64,000 nucleotides of DNA, taken from positions 842,199 to 906,198 of the forward strand of contig CAVRDX010000001.1 in NCBI GenBank assembly GCA_963719945.1, written 5' to 3'. The notes under the pieces are model-generated. The model searched no databases. It was given only the letters and a program-made list of their open reading frames with translations, and had not been told where the DNA came from. This DNA comes from an uncultured Thermoplasmata archaeon. GTDB taxonomy: Archaea; Thermoplasmatota; Thermoplasmata; UBA10834. Shown piece by piece: positions 30,031 through 40,523 of this stretch (within the stretch, counting starts at the first letter, position 1; each line of letters starts with the position of its first letter). A program made the position numbers and the translations under genes.

Positions 30031-30510
30031 ATGAGTGAGATAGCGACATTTGCAGCGGGGTGCTTCTGGGGCGTCGAAGCAATATTCAGAAAGGTCCATG
30101 GAGTCATATCCACCCGTGTCGGATACACGGGTGGGAAGACGGATCGGCCTACATACAATCAGGTCTGTTCGGACAGCACAGGCCATGCTGAAGCGGTCGA
30201 AGTCGAATTCGATCCGAGTATGGTCGCATACGGTCATTTGCTGGAGATATTCTGGGACATGCACGACCCGACTACCCTGAACAGGCAGGGACCCGATAGA
30301 GGGACGCAATACAGGTCAGCCATATTCTTTCACAATCCGGAACAGAAGAGGCTAGCCGAAGAATCTCTGAGCGCGCTCGCGCGATCAGACCGATTCACTC
30401 GGAGGAAGATAGTGACTGAGATCGCGGAAGCGGAAGTCTTCTGGCCTGCAGAGGAGTACCATCAACGGTACTTCGAGAAGACTGGAAGAAACAGTTGCGG
30501 GATCCATTGA
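30031..30510 (+). CDS. msrA: Peptide methionine (S)-sulfoxide reductase
   Basis: GCFWG, GYTGG, GHAE, AEEYHQ. Confidence 0.97.
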   Translation: MSEIATFAAGCFWGVEAIFRKVHGVISTRVGYTGGKTDRPTYNQVCSDSTGHAEAVEVEFDPSMVAYGHLLEIFWDMHDPTTLNRQGPDRGTQYRSAIFFHNPEQKRLAEESLSALARSDRFTRRKIVTEIAEAEVFWPAEEYHQRYFEKTGRNSCGIH

Positions 30511-30623
30511 TGCCCTATGTGCATGCCATTTTGACTATCTTTGTTCAGAAAGAACTATTTGACTGATGCTTTTAACCCTGGCAGAGGCATGCCGATTCAG
30601 CCTACTGACGGATTCGAGGCCGT

Positions 30624-32417
30624 TTGATGTTCAGTGACATCCAGAAATCATTGCGAGGCTACATTCGGAGCGAGTTCCTGGGAGAATACGCCAGGCTCAA
30701 CATAATCGCGGCCATGATCGGAGCATTTGCCGCGCTCATCGCAATAGGTTTCAGATGGCTCATCCTGGCATTCCAGGAATTCTTCTTCGTTGGCGGAAAC
30801 CCATTGAACAACGAACTCGGGCTCTGGGTCTTCGCGGTCCCCATGATTGGGGCGGTGTTCGTCGGCATGATCGCCTACTGGCTCGCACCTGAGGTCAAGG
30901 GGGCAGGCGTGGCAGAGGTCATGCGAGGCCTGATGGCGGACAAGGGGAGGTTCAGGGCGAGGGTGCCTGCACTCAAGGCGCTCGCTTCCGCGATCACGCT
31001 TGGTTCGGGTGGCTCCGCAGGCAGAGAAGGGCCGATAGTCCAGATAGGGGCGTCCTTCGCGTCAGTGGTCGGTCAGAAGTTCAAGATGACCACGACCGAG
31101 GTGAGGATAATGGTGGCTTGCGGTGCAGCTGCGGGTATAACGGCCACGTTCAACACTCCCATTGCTGGTGCTGTCTTCGCACTCGAGCTGCTTCTGCTGG
31201 AGTTCAGGACGAGATCGTTCATCCCACTCGTCATATCGACGGTGTTTGCGACACTCGTCTCGAGAGTGTTCCTAGGCGACTATCCCACCTTCTCGGTCGA
31301 ATTGACATACTCGCTCGTGAGCCCTTACGAGCTAGCGTTCTATCTGGTGCTCGGGTTGCTCGCAGGGGTCGTTGGAGTAATATTCATCAAGATGCTCTAC
31401 AAGATGGAGGACGTGTTCGATGCGCTCTCAGTGCCAGGCTATGCCAAACCGGTCATAGGCGTCGCGATGGTAGGCGCCATCGGTCTGTTCTATCCGAGTG
31501 TGTTGGGCGTCGGATATGATACGGTAACAGCAGCACTCAACGGACACCTCGACCAGCTGTTCGACGTCAGGATGCTCGGACTGTTCGTCGTCGTTGTGCT
31601 CATACTCAAACTTATTGCCACATCTCTGACGATATCATCCGGGAACGCAGGTGGCGTATTCGGCCCGTCATTGTTCCTTGGTGCCATGCTCGGTGCAGCA
31701 TTCGGGATTGCTGCCAACCAGTTCTTCCCGAACATGACAGCGGAGTACGGCGCATATGCGCTCGTCGGAATGGCTGCGGTATTCGCGTCCACCGCAAGAG
31801 CGACTCTAACAGCCATATTGATGCTGTTCGAGATGACATCGAGCTACGAGATCATCCTGCCCCTGATGTTCGCGTGCGTCGTCAGCGATGCCGTGAGCAG
31901 CATGCTGTCCAAAGAGACGATATACACTGCGAAGCTGGCCAAGCAGGGGATACGGTATGTCCATGATCTATCGGCGAACATATTGGAGGCCGCGAAGGTC
32001 AAGGAGGCGATGGATATCAAATTCGTCTCGCTGGCCCCGGACACGCCACTCAGGAAGGTCGTGGACCTTCAGCTCTACAGCGGCAAGAAAGGATATCCAG
32101 TGGTCTCATCAGATGGCAAGTTAAAGGGCATAGTCACTCTGACGGACGTGCGGAAAGCATTCGAGAGCGGCAAACAGGATTCGACCGTGAGCGACATCAT
32201 GACCAAGAGGATAGTGACCGTGTATCCCGAAGAGACGCTTCAAGTGGCGATGGAGAAGATGGTCCTGAGGAAGATAGGTCATCTGCCAGTGGTGGATCCG
32301 GCCAAGCCTAACAGGATCATCGCCATGATAGATAGGGAAGCCATCCTTGACAGGTACAGAGGCGTCCTGGCAGAAGAGGTATCGGAGGAGTCCCTCCAGG
32401 GCAGACTCATGGAATGA
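30624..32417 (+). CDS. ClC-family chloride channel/antiporter with two CBS domains
   Basis: GAGVAE, GREGP, FNTPIAG, GGVFGP, IYT; C-terminal CBS pair. Confidence 0.93.
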   Translation: MMFSDIQKSLRGYIRSEFLGEYARLNIIAAMIGAFAALIAIGFRWLILAFQEFFFVGGNPLNNELGLWVFAVPMIGAVFVGMIAYWLAPEVKGAGVAEVMRGLMADKGRFRARVPALKALASAITLGSGGSAGREGPIVQIGASFASVVGQKFKMTTTEVRIMVACGAAAGITATFNTPIAGAVFALELLLLEFRTRSFIPLVISTVFATLVSRVFLGDYPTFSVELTYSLVSPYELAFYLVLGLLAGVVGVIFIKMLYKMEDVFDALSVPGYAKPVIGVAMVGAIGLFYPSVLGVGYDTVTAALNGHLDQLFDVRMLGLFVVVVLILKLIATSLTISSGNAGGVFGPSLFLGAMLGAAFGIAANQFFPNMTAEYGAYALVGMAAVFASTARATLTAILMLFEMTSSYEIILPLMFACVVSDAVSSMLSKETIYTAKLAKQGIRYVHDLSANILEAAKVKEAMDIKFVSLAPDTPLRKVVDLQLYSGKKGYPVVSSDGKLKGIVTLTDVRKAFESGKQDSTVSDIMTKRIVTVYPEETLQVAMEKMVLRKIGHLPVVDPAKPNRIIAMIDREAILDRYRGVLAEEVSEESLQGRLME

Positions 32418-32432
32418 TTCCGAAGACGCATC

Positions 32433-34520
32433 TCACTTAACCTTCGATTTCCTGGCGATGATCTCCTTCAGCTCGGAAAGGTCCTGACCGGAGCTAACCG
32501 TATGAGTGATATTACCCGATTCATCGCGCATATAGGTGTTGTGCCAGGATATCTCTCTGATCGCACCACCCTTCGTCATTATCTTGTCCACGACATGTTC
32601 GTGTTTCGCAATATTTCCGCTGATTATAGCTGAGAATATCTCATGCACATGTTCTCTCGATTCTGGGGGAAGGAAATTGTCGAACCAGTTCTTTCCGACC
32701 AACTCTGACTCGTCATAGCCCAATATCTCGCAGCCCTTGCGATTTACCTGAGAGACCGTCCCGTCCCTGTTGATGATGACGATCATCACATTGACGGCCT
32801 CCAGATGATTCCTGGCCGCGTCTCGCTCCTGCTTGAGTTCTCGACCGATCTGCTCGCGATGAAGCGTTTCACCAATCTTGCGAGCGATTGCCTGGACGAG
32901 TCGCACTTCATCACGGACGATCGAATCCGAACCCGCCCATTGAGCTTCCGCGAGATAATACACATCGATGCGTCCAATGGTCATTCCAGACAGGACTATA
33001 TCCGAAGACATCACGTTTGGAGTCTCCTTGAATCCCTCTGAGGAAAACACCTCATCACGGACGATTATTCTGATTGATGGACTCTCGTACCTCTGCAATG
33101 CGTCTGTGAGAGCATCGACGACTCCGGTGCAAAATCGCATCAAGTCGAAATCATCCTGGTAGTTCAGCTCAGAGACCGCGTACACGCACGTGAGCTCATT
33201 CATCCTCCGCGTCAAGTCGAGAGTCCTCTGGTTCAGTCGGTCTTCAACATCATATGCATCCAGGGCGTATGATATGTCGGAAGCGATCTCCGTCAGTAGC
33301 CCACGGTCATCTTCGACGAAATGATCAGGTTTCTTGGAGTACAGGTTAAGGGAGCCTATCACATGGCCCTTTCTGCGCAAAGGAATCGCTGCCAATGAGC
33401 TATAGCCGAGGGAGCGGGCCAACTCTGGCAAGTGCGCATGATTCTTGATCTGCGCTCTAGGACCATGAATGACGATTCGATCCTCAATTATTGCCGAAAT
33501 CAACGAACCTGGCCCAAGCGGATCACCATCTAGAGGGGCCCTGAGCTTGGATATATCAGGATTATCAGCCGGAGCCCAAGCCTCAGGAACTACGACATGC
33601 GAAACGGAATCGACGAGACCAACCCATGCTAGATCGAATTTTCCAGAATCGATTGCGACCTTGCACATTCTTGGGAACAATTCATGGGCACTCTTGCTGC
33701 GGACAATAGATTCATTGACTTGGCTCAGGAAGGCATACATCCGGTTCATGCGCATCAGGCCGTGCTCTGTCTCCCGAAGATGGGTTATGTCGATGAAAGG
33801 ACAGGTGAGCAACTTCATTGATGGGAGGAACCGAGGACGAGCTATGACCAGAGCCTTGGACCCATCTGGTCGCTTCAGCCATACCTCATAGCTCTCAGGA
33901 GCGTTTGCAGGGTTTTTCTTGCGAGTCTCGAAGTTGTCTCGGACTCTGTCCATTGAACTCTCGTCGACGAAGACGGTCCACATCTTCCCCTCTACATCCG
34001 TCTTCTTGAACCCAGACAAATCTTCGAACTCTCTGTTTACCACGACGATTCTGCCCTCGATATCGGTTACTATCATGGCAGAACCGGAGTTCTCGAAGAT
34101 TCCACGGTATCGTTCTTCGCTCTCGGCCAATGCGACTTCCGCAACCCTCCGACCTAACAGTTGCTCGATCATATTGGATAATTCCGCGAAAAGTGCCTTC
34201 GTATCCGCACCTTTCTGCAGATAGAAATCTGCCCCAAGGTTGAGTGCCTCGATGGCGACCTCTTCACGACCCTTCCCAGTGAATACGATGAAAGGCGTGT
34301 TGTCCCCCTGCTCTCGAAGAATCTTCAGAAACTCAAGACCATCCATTACTGGCATCTGATAGTCGGAAACGATAGCGTCATACTTGCGGGAAGGAATCTT
34401 GTCCAGAGCGGCCTCTGCGGAATCTGCTATGTCGATCTCGTAGCCATTAGAACGGCTCAAGTAGCTCCTTGTCAGATCAAGGAATGCAGGTTCATCGTCT
34501 ACGCAAAGGATGACGGCCAT
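32433..34520 (-). CDS. Receiver-PAS-GAF-PAS signalling protein without output domain
   Basis: VDD, SDYQMP, FTGKG, YLQK receiver; two PAS and one GAF pattern; no H-box or ATPase. Confidence 0.88.
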   Translation of the reverse strand: MAVILCVDDEPAFLDLTRSYLSRSNGYEIDIADSAEAALDKIPSRKYDAIVSDYQMPVMDGLEFLKILREQGDNTPFIVFTGKGREEVAIEALNLGADFYLQKGADTKALFAELSNMIEQLLGRRVAEVALAESEERYRGIFENSGSAMIVTDIEGRIVVVNREFEDLSGFKKTDVEGKMWTVFVDESSMDRVRDNFETRKKNPANAPESYEVWLKRPDGSKALVIARPRFLPSMKLLTCPFIDITHLRETEHGLMRMNRMYAFLSQVNESIVRSKSAHELFPRMCKVAIDSGKFDLAWVGLVDSVSHVVVPEAWAPADNPDISKLRAPLDGDPLGPGSLISAIIEDRIVIHGPRAQIKNHAHLPELARSLGYSSLAAIPLRRKGHVIGSLNLYSKKPDHFVEDDRGLLTEIASDISYALDAYDVEDRLNQRTLDLTRRMNELTCVYAVSELNYQDDFDLMRFCTGVVDALTDALQRYESPSIRIIVRDEVFSSEGFKETPNVMSSDIVLSGMTIGRIDVYYLAEAQWAGSDSIVRDEVRLVQAIARKIGETLHREQIGRELKQERDAARNHLEAVNVMIVIINRDGTVSQVNRKGCEILGYDESELVGKNWFDNFLPPESREHVHEIFSAIISGNIAKHEHVVDKIMTKGGAIREISWHNTYMRDESGNITHTVSSGQDLSELKEIIARKSKVK

Positions 34521-34681
34521 CCACTTCCTCCCACAGGTATTACAGTGGGCAGAGTATTTCTAATTCATGGCGAAATAAGAACAAATCAGTCAAATCTAAA
34601 ATCAGAGGCGACAAAAAATGCTGATTGTCAAGTCATCCTGAGGAATATTTGCCAATGCAGATTAGAAGTCACTCACAATTG

Positions 34682-36088
34682 TCAGTTAGCATGAGCATGG
34701 TCATGCTCAGCCTGGAAATTCACGGGCTGCAACCTGCCGAAAGCTGCTGCGAGCACTTCGGATAGAGTGGGATGTATGATCTGCGCACGGGCGAGCGGGG
34801 CGTATGTCTGAGATTCGGAGACCATCAGGTTGACGACCTGCTGTATCAGGATTGCTGCCTGAGGACCCACTGCAGTCGCACCGAGTATCCTGCGGGTAGG
34901 ATATTCGACCATCACCTTGACGAAGGCGTCCTCGTCGCCGTAGGCGAAACCCATGGCAGTATCATGATACTTGGCAACTCCGACCATGACCTTCCTGCCC
35001 GCGACCGCCTCCTGCTCGGTCATTCCCACCTGACCGACCTGAGGATTGGTGAATACCGCATGAGGGACCGCATGGAGATCCAGCGCACGCTTATCCTTCG
35101 AGTATAGGTTGTGGCCGACTATCGATGATTGGTAGTTCGCGGTATGCCTGTACATGTTCCGTCCAAGGGCGTCTCCGAGCGCATAGATGCCCGGCTTCGA
35201 TGTTTCAAGATACTGATTGGTCTGAACCCAGCCGCGTTCGTCCGTGTGTACCCCCGTGTTCTCTGGCTTGAGCCAATCGGAGTTCGATCTGACACCGGTG
35301 GCAACGAACAGGTGCTGAGCATCGATAACGCGTTCGTGCTTCCCGTCAGAATCACGCACCTTCACGGAGATGGATCCGTCATGACCTTCGACGGAAACGG
35401 TATCAGTCCCCGTATGGATCTCGACATGTCTGGAAAGCCTCTTCTTCACGAGCGCGCTCGTCTCCGGTTCCTCGTGTGGAAGCAGGACGGGGTTGCGGCC
35501 GATCATGACGACGCGTGTGCCGATCGCAGAGAAGAAGTGGGCGAATTCACAGCCGATGTAACCGCCGCCCAATATGACGATGCTCTCAGGCTGCTCCTCG
35601 ATATCATATATCGTTCTGTATGTGTGATATTTGACCTTGTCAAGCCCGGGTATCCTCGGTATGCTGGCCCTCGCACCCGATGCGATGACTATCTTCTGTG
35701 CACTGATGGTCTCGTCGCCCACCTTGAGGGTGTAATCCGATACGAAGCTGCCGATGACGCTGTATAGATCGACGCCTGAAGTCGCCTTGACTCCGTGTTC
35801 CATCTCGTGCCTTCCGCTCAGGACGATATCCCACATCCTTTTCTTGATAGTCGGGAAATCAAGCTTGTCCAGGCGCAGATGCACCCCGATGCTGGCGGCA
35901 TCCTCTGCCTCACGGATCACATCCGCCGCATGTATGAGCACCTTTGATGGTATGCACCCCCGGTTCAGACAGGTGCCGCCGAGCGGCCCTTCCTCGACGA
36001 CGGCCACCTTCTCCCCTCTCTGGAGTGGGAGGTCCACTACGTTCATCCCTGCCCCCGATCCAATCACAATCAGGCCATACTCCTTCAT
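34682..36088 (-). CDS. Dihydrolipoamide dehydrogenase-like flavoprotein disulfide reductase
   Basis: IGSGAG, GGTCLNRGCIPSK, GGGYIG, YALGD, HPTLSE. Confidence 0.9.
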   Translation of the reverse strand: MKEYGLIVIGSGAGMNVVDLPLQRGEKVAVVEEGPLGGTCLNRGCIPSKVLIHAADVIREAEDAASIGVHLRLDKLDFPTIKKRMWDIVLSGRHEMEHGVKATSGVDLYSVIGSFVSDYTLKVGDETISAQKIVIASGARASIPRIPGLDKVKYHTYRTIYDIEEQPESIVILGGGYIGCEFAHFFSAIGTRVVMIGRNPVLLPHEEPETSALVKKRLSRHVEIHTGTDTVSVEGHDGSISVKVRDSDGKHERVIDAQHLFVATGVRSNSDWLKPENTGVHTDERGWVQTNQYLETSKPGIYALGDALGRNMYRHTANYQSSIVGHNLYSKDKRALDLHAVPHAVFTNPQVGQVGMTEQEAVAGRKVMVGVAKYHDTAMGFAYGDEDAFVKVMVEYPTRRILGATAVGPQAAILIQQVVNLMVSESQTYAPLARAQIIHPTLSEVLAAAFGRLQPVNFQAEHDHAHAN

Positions 36089-36177
36089 TCGGACACCCTG
36101 GACCGTCAACGCGATGGTGAGCCATTAAACTTCTCGGCAATAGCGTCGAAAACTGTCATATCGCATGGTCGCACCAT

Positions 36178-36444
36178 TTGAATAGTATGCTCACGATATC
36201 TGGATTAGGTGATTTTGTGGGGAGAATCGATCTGCCAATGCCCGAACTAGGGCGTGGCACTCAATTTCTTGATGCATCAGCCGATGATCTGCAGGCGAAG
36301 ATACGATCGAAAGTGCCTAAACAGTACAGGAGTTCTGTTGTGGTCAGGCCGTTCAAGAGGAGGGGTTCTACGGGCCTGTCAGTCGAATATGAGGACATCA
36401 TCGAGGCCGAGGTCATGGCCGCCATCGAGAGCAGGTTTGGCTGA
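36178..36444 (+). CDS. Hypothetical protein
   Basis: Short ORF; probable start GTG after SD GGTGA. Confidence 0.55.
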   Translation: MNSMLTISGLGDFVGRIDLPMPELGRGTQFLDASADDLQAKIRSKVPKQYRSSVVVRPFKRRGSTGLSVEYEDIIEAEVMAAIESRFG

Positions 36445-36493
36445 ACGTCCGCCTGTTCAGATGCGATATTGCAGATACATTTAATGACAGGAC

Positions 36494-36709
36494 TTGCGAT
36501 TAATGCAATCCAGGATGTCGACCCCAGTGCCCCGAACACCCGTACCCAGAAAGCTGACGGAGAAGGAGATGGCCCTGATCAGGGACCGCGACGACAGGCT
36601 TGAGCGGTATGTCAGGACGGCTCAATTCATTCAGTCGAAGTGGTTCATGCTGATAGGGACCGCCGCGATAGTCGTCTTCCTGCTAATGATCTATCTTGTG
36701 TCAAGATGA
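36494..36709 (+). CDS. Small protein with C-terminal TM
   Basis: Hydrophobic C-terminus; start uncertain. Confidence 0.6.
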   Translation: MRLMQSRMSTPVPRTPVPRKLTEKEMALIRDRDDRLERYVRTAQFIQSKWFMLIGTAAIVVFLLMIYLVSR

Positions 36710-36713
36710 TGAC

Positions 36714-36824
36714 TCACTTCTTCTTGTGGATAGGGCAGGTGTAACCCAGCTTGCAGTACCTGCATTTCTCCTCGGGCGTCGGGGGTATCACCTTTCTCAA
36801 TCGGCCATACTTACGCCTGGGCAA
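36714..36824 (-). CDS. Micro zinc-finger-like protein (36 aa), not in ORF track
   Basis: TTG start; MPRRKYGRLRKVIPPTPEEKCRYCKLGYTCPIHKKK; upstream TTTATGTA. Confidence 0.55.
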   Translation of the reverse strand: MPRRKYGRLRKVIPPTPEEKCRYCKLGYTCPIHKKK

Positions 36825-36883
36825 TGTCTACCACGGGTCGATAGGAACGCGGCCATCATACATAAAATCAGTCAGGGGTCCGT

Positions 36884-39034
36884 TCAGGGCGCCCTCGGCA
36901 ACGATATGTTGAACACACAGCCTTTGGAAGGGTCACCGGGCACCATGTCCGTGATCCACATGCTCCCGATGTAGCGTTCCGCGATGGCTCTCGAGGTCGC
37001 CAAGCCCATTCCGAAGCCGCCCGATAACTCAGATTTGGCGGCCTTGGTCATCCGCAGCACCTCCCGCTTGAGATTGTCGGGAATGCTTCTGCCAGGCTGA
37101 GATATCTTGATCCACCACATCTCGTTTCTGCCCTCGAGTCTGGGCTCCACGTGTACAAGGAGCCTGACCGGGTCCTGTCTCGTGGACCTTGCCGCCGTGA
37201 CGAAGAGGTTCACGAAGAGACCTACGAGGAGATCGTCGGCCATCACACGGACCGGTTCTCCTGAGTTCCGAACCTCGATATCCAACGACTTGTCGTGTAC
37301 TCTGCGCTTGGTCTCGCTGATGGCGCGGTGCATCGCATCCTCCAGATTGAGCGGCATGATCCTGACCGAACCGTTGTGCCGCACCTTGTGCATGGTCCGC
37401 ACCATGTCCACCATCTGCATGATGTTGTCCATCTGAGACGAAATGGTCTTGACGGCAGAACCGATCTGCGGATCGAGGTCCTTCCTGGCGCCTATAGAAT
37501 CGATGTACGCAATCATGGGGGTCGTATAATTCGCGATGTCATGGGTCATCAGGTCCATGTACAGCTCCATCTGGTCCCTTGTGCGAGAGACCACTTTCAG
37601 GAGCTGTGCATTCTCCATGGCCACCGCCGCGTGGTTGGCGAACATCGTGGCCACCTCAAGGTCCTCCTTCGAGAAGGTGTCTGGAGGATATTTCGTGAGC
37701 TCGATAACCCCAAGGACATCCTTCCGGCCGAGGATAGGGATCACGAGCATACGACAGTGCATCACTGGAGTCCCGGGGATCTGGTCCCCCCTGGGGTCAT
37801 CCTCCGTGTCCAGGATGATCTCCGCCTTCTTCGTCCGTGATACATGACCGATATAACCCACATCGACCGGGAAGTTCCTGTCCTCCATTATCTCGGAAGC
37901 GTACGGTCCGGTCGCATATGCCGGATTGCAGACGTTCCTGCTCCAATCGAACACATAGAATGAGAGTTCGTTGCACGGGATGAGTCCGGACATCTTGTCG
38001 CCTATGATCCTGAAGACCTCGCTGGATTCTATCTCCTGCTGCAGGCTGGCAGCAGTCTCTATGAGGACCTTCTGCGCCCGCGACATCATGCTCATCCGCT
38101 CGAACATATCGACGTTGTTGATGAGCTTCATCACGTCCACGCCGATCTCCTCAGCAAGGCTCACTTCGTCCGATGTGAACGGGCCAGGCCCGGTATTGTC
38201 TCCGATGAAGAGTAGCCCCTCGACCTCGTTTTCGTGAATCAACGGAACGGCGATGCAGTGCTCGAAACTGAGATTGCCCAGGATCTTCTTCTTCTGCAAA
38301 GGGGACCAGTGATTGGATATGCATGTCTTCGTCGTCTTCTGCTCGATCGCCTCCGCGGCCATGGTGAATCTGTTCAACGAGACCATCGTGCCACGCGAGA
38401 GCACCACGCCCTTCGCTGCACAGCTCAGACAGATCATATCGTTGGCGTCCTCCAGCAACCTGAAGACTGAGACGAAGTCAGCATCGAAGTAATCCATGGC
38501 GTTCATGCAGAACTTGGCGAAAGCATGGTCGAGCTCCGACCGTACGCCAGGGGTCGATGACATACAGTTGATCAGAACTGATTGAAGCTGTGTATATTCA
38601 CCCATCAATACTGAGGTTTCCAGTACGCCTAGGTCCACTATCGAGCACACTTGTTCCTTGGCCACATCCTTGGATTCGGACGGGACCTTGGCATCGACGG
38701 TGTCATAGAGCACCTTCCGCAGCGCATGCTGGTTCATGACCACGCTGCTCAGGTCAAGCGTGCGCAGATGCTCTGACCTCAGAGCGCTCCTGAGCGATTT
38801 CCTGGCCTTCGATGACGATGGGTCGGTGGCATATTCGATGAGGGAGTCGAAGTAGTTCCGGAACCTGTCGCTCCTCACGCTCACTGGCGATGTGAACTCG
38901 GAGACCTTTGAGAATGGGACGCGGTTTATCTCCGATACCCACGCGTGGACTATGTTCTCGGACTCATTCCTCAATATACCGATGAGCGGCCCAGAACCCA
39001 AAGGCTGAGATGCAGCTCCAGATTTATGATGCAT
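36884..39034 (-). CDS. GAF-GAF sensor histidine-kinase-like protein with degenerate ATPase domain
   Basis: Two GAF patterns, H-box THDIAN, GFGMGLA; N-box and G1-box altered. Confidence 0.85.
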   Translation of the reverse strand: MHHKSGAASQPLGSGPLIGILRNESENIVHAWVSEINRVPFSKVSEFTSPVSVRSDRFRNYFDSLIEYATDPSSSKARKSLRSALRSEHLRTLDLSSVVMNQHALRKVLYDTVDAKVPSESKDVAKEQVCSIVDLGVLETSVLMGEYTQLQSVLINCMSSTPGVRSELDHAFAKFCMNAMDYFDADFVSVFRLLEDANDMICLSCAAKGVVLSRGTMVSLNRFTMAAEAIEQKTTKTCISNHWSPLQKKKILGNLSFEHCIAVPLIHENEVEGLLFIGDNTGPGPFTSDEVSLAEEIGVDVMKLINNVDMFERMSMMSRAQKVLIETAASLQQEIESSEVFRIIGDKMSGLIPCNELSFYVFDWSRNVCNPAYATGPYASEIMEDRNFPVDVGYIGHVSRTKKAEIILDTEDDPRGDQIPGTPVMHCRMLVIPILGRKDVLGVIELTKYPPDTFSKEDLEVATMFANHAAVAMENAQLLKVVSRTRDQMELYMDLMTHDIANYTTPMIAYIDSIGARKDLDPQIGSAVKTISSQMDNIMQMVDMVRTMHKVRHNGSVRIMPLNLEDAMHRAISETKRRVHDKSLDIEVRNSGEPVRVMADDLLVGLFVNLFVTAARSTRQDPVRLLVHVEPRLEGRNEMWWIKISQPGRSIPDNLKREVLRMTKAAKSELSGGFGMGLATSRAIAERYIGSMWITDMVPGDPSKGCVFNISLPRAP

Positions 39035-39255
39035 GGTGGATTTATTCTCCTCCAGTGTGTAATGTAAGAGGATTCGTAATATGGCACTCAGGGAATATAT
39101 CGCTTTGGTCCTTGGTGCGTACTACGTGAAACCATGCCCAACACCGTAATCATTTGACCAGTTTTTAATCGACAATATCAGATAACGTTTCCCTTTAGGT
39201 CAAATATCCTTATATTCGGGCACCCAATAGCACGCTCCAGAGTGGTGTATTAAGG

Positions 39256-40278
39256 ATGCCCACACAACATGCTCCGGTCAAGACCATGCTTCTGACAGGG
39301 AAGCAGGTCATGAAGCTCCTGGACATGAAGGACGTACTCGCAGCCGTCGAGAACGCCTTCAAGCACAAGGGGCTTGGAAAGGTTCAGATGCCGCCAAAAG
39401 CCTATCTTTTTTACGAGAAATTCGACGGCGACTTGAGAACGATGCCCTCGTATGTGGAGGACATGGATGTATCGGCTGTCAAGATCGTGAACGTGCACCC
39501 GCAGAATGCGAAGAACCACGGCATGAGGACCGTCATGGCCCTCCTTGTCCTGGTGGACCCGCACACGGGCGCCCCGCTCGCAGTCATGGACGCAACTCAC
39601 ATCACCGACATGAGGACCGGTGGCGCGAGCGCGATAGCGTCCAAGTACCTTGCAAGGCCGAATCCGAAGATCGTAGGAATAATCGGCGCAGGCAACCAGG
39701 CGAAGACGCAGATGCTCGCGTTGATCACCCAGTTCGGCTCGTTCGACCAGGTCAAGGTATACGACCTGTACCCTGACAAGGCCAAGGAACGCGTCAGGGA
39801 GTTCAGGCGGAAGTACAAGGAGAACGTTCCGAAGATCAAGGCAGTGGCAACCGCCAAGGATGCGGTCGTCGACTCCGATATAATCGTCACATGCACATCG
39901 TCCCGCGCACCCATCGTCATGGACGAATGGGTCAAGGACGGAGCACATATCAACTGCATAGGCGCGGACGCGCCCGGGAAGCAGGAGATGGACCCGAAGG
40001 TGCTCAAGCGTGCTTACCTGGTAATAGACGACTGGGAGCAGGCCAGCCACTCGGGAGAGATCAACGTGCCCCTCACCAAGGGAGAGCTGACCCGTGAGGA
40101 TGTCAATGCCGAGATAGGAGAGGTCGTCGCTGGGCTCAAGACGGGCAGGGCGAACGACGAGCAGGTGACCGTATTCTGCTCGACTGGCCTCGGCGTACAG
40201 GATTCCCTGACCGCGAAGATCGTCTACGACATCGCGAAGAAGCAGGGGATCGGCCGTTCGATGCAGATCGTCCTGTGA
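39256..40278 (+). CDS. ala: Alanine dehydrogenase, archaeal ornithine cyclodeaminase/mu-crystallin type
   Basis: MPPK, GDLRTMP, KIVNVHP, TDMRTG, GAGNQA, GADAPGKQE, HSGEINV. Confidence 0.88.
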   Translation: MPTQHAPVKTMLLTGKQVMKLLDMKDVLAAVENAFKHKGLGKVQMPPKAYLFYEKFDGDLRTMPSYVEDMDVSAVKIVNVHPQNAKNHGMRTVMALLVLVDPHTGAPLAVMDATHITDMRTGGASAIASKYLARPNPKIVGIIGAGNQAKTQMLALITQFGSFDQVKVYDLYPDKAKERVREFRRKYKENVPKIKAVATAKDAVVDSDIIVTCTSSRAPIVMDEWVKDGAHINCIGADAPGKQEMDPKVLKRAYLVIDDWEQASHSGEINVPLTKGELTREDVNAEIGEVVAGLKTGRANDEQVTVFCSTGLGVQDSLTAKIVYDIAKKQGIGRSMQIVL

Positions 40279-40523
40279 ACCGACAACGGCGTAGAAGCCC
40301 CGCGTGTCTTCGAAAAACCTTCAACCCCTTTCCCTTGTTTTCATCTTTTCTGCCACCGACCTCCGGTTCGACTGGAACTCATAGCCAGTGTCAGAGAAAT
40401 GGATACCGTTAAGTGCGCACAATGGGATATCGCGCAACATCCTTGCGGACGACCCAATGAACTGATTCTTTCGGATGGGAGACTGCGGGATAGAGCGGCA
40501 AAGATGTTTAGGGGGAATGTGAA

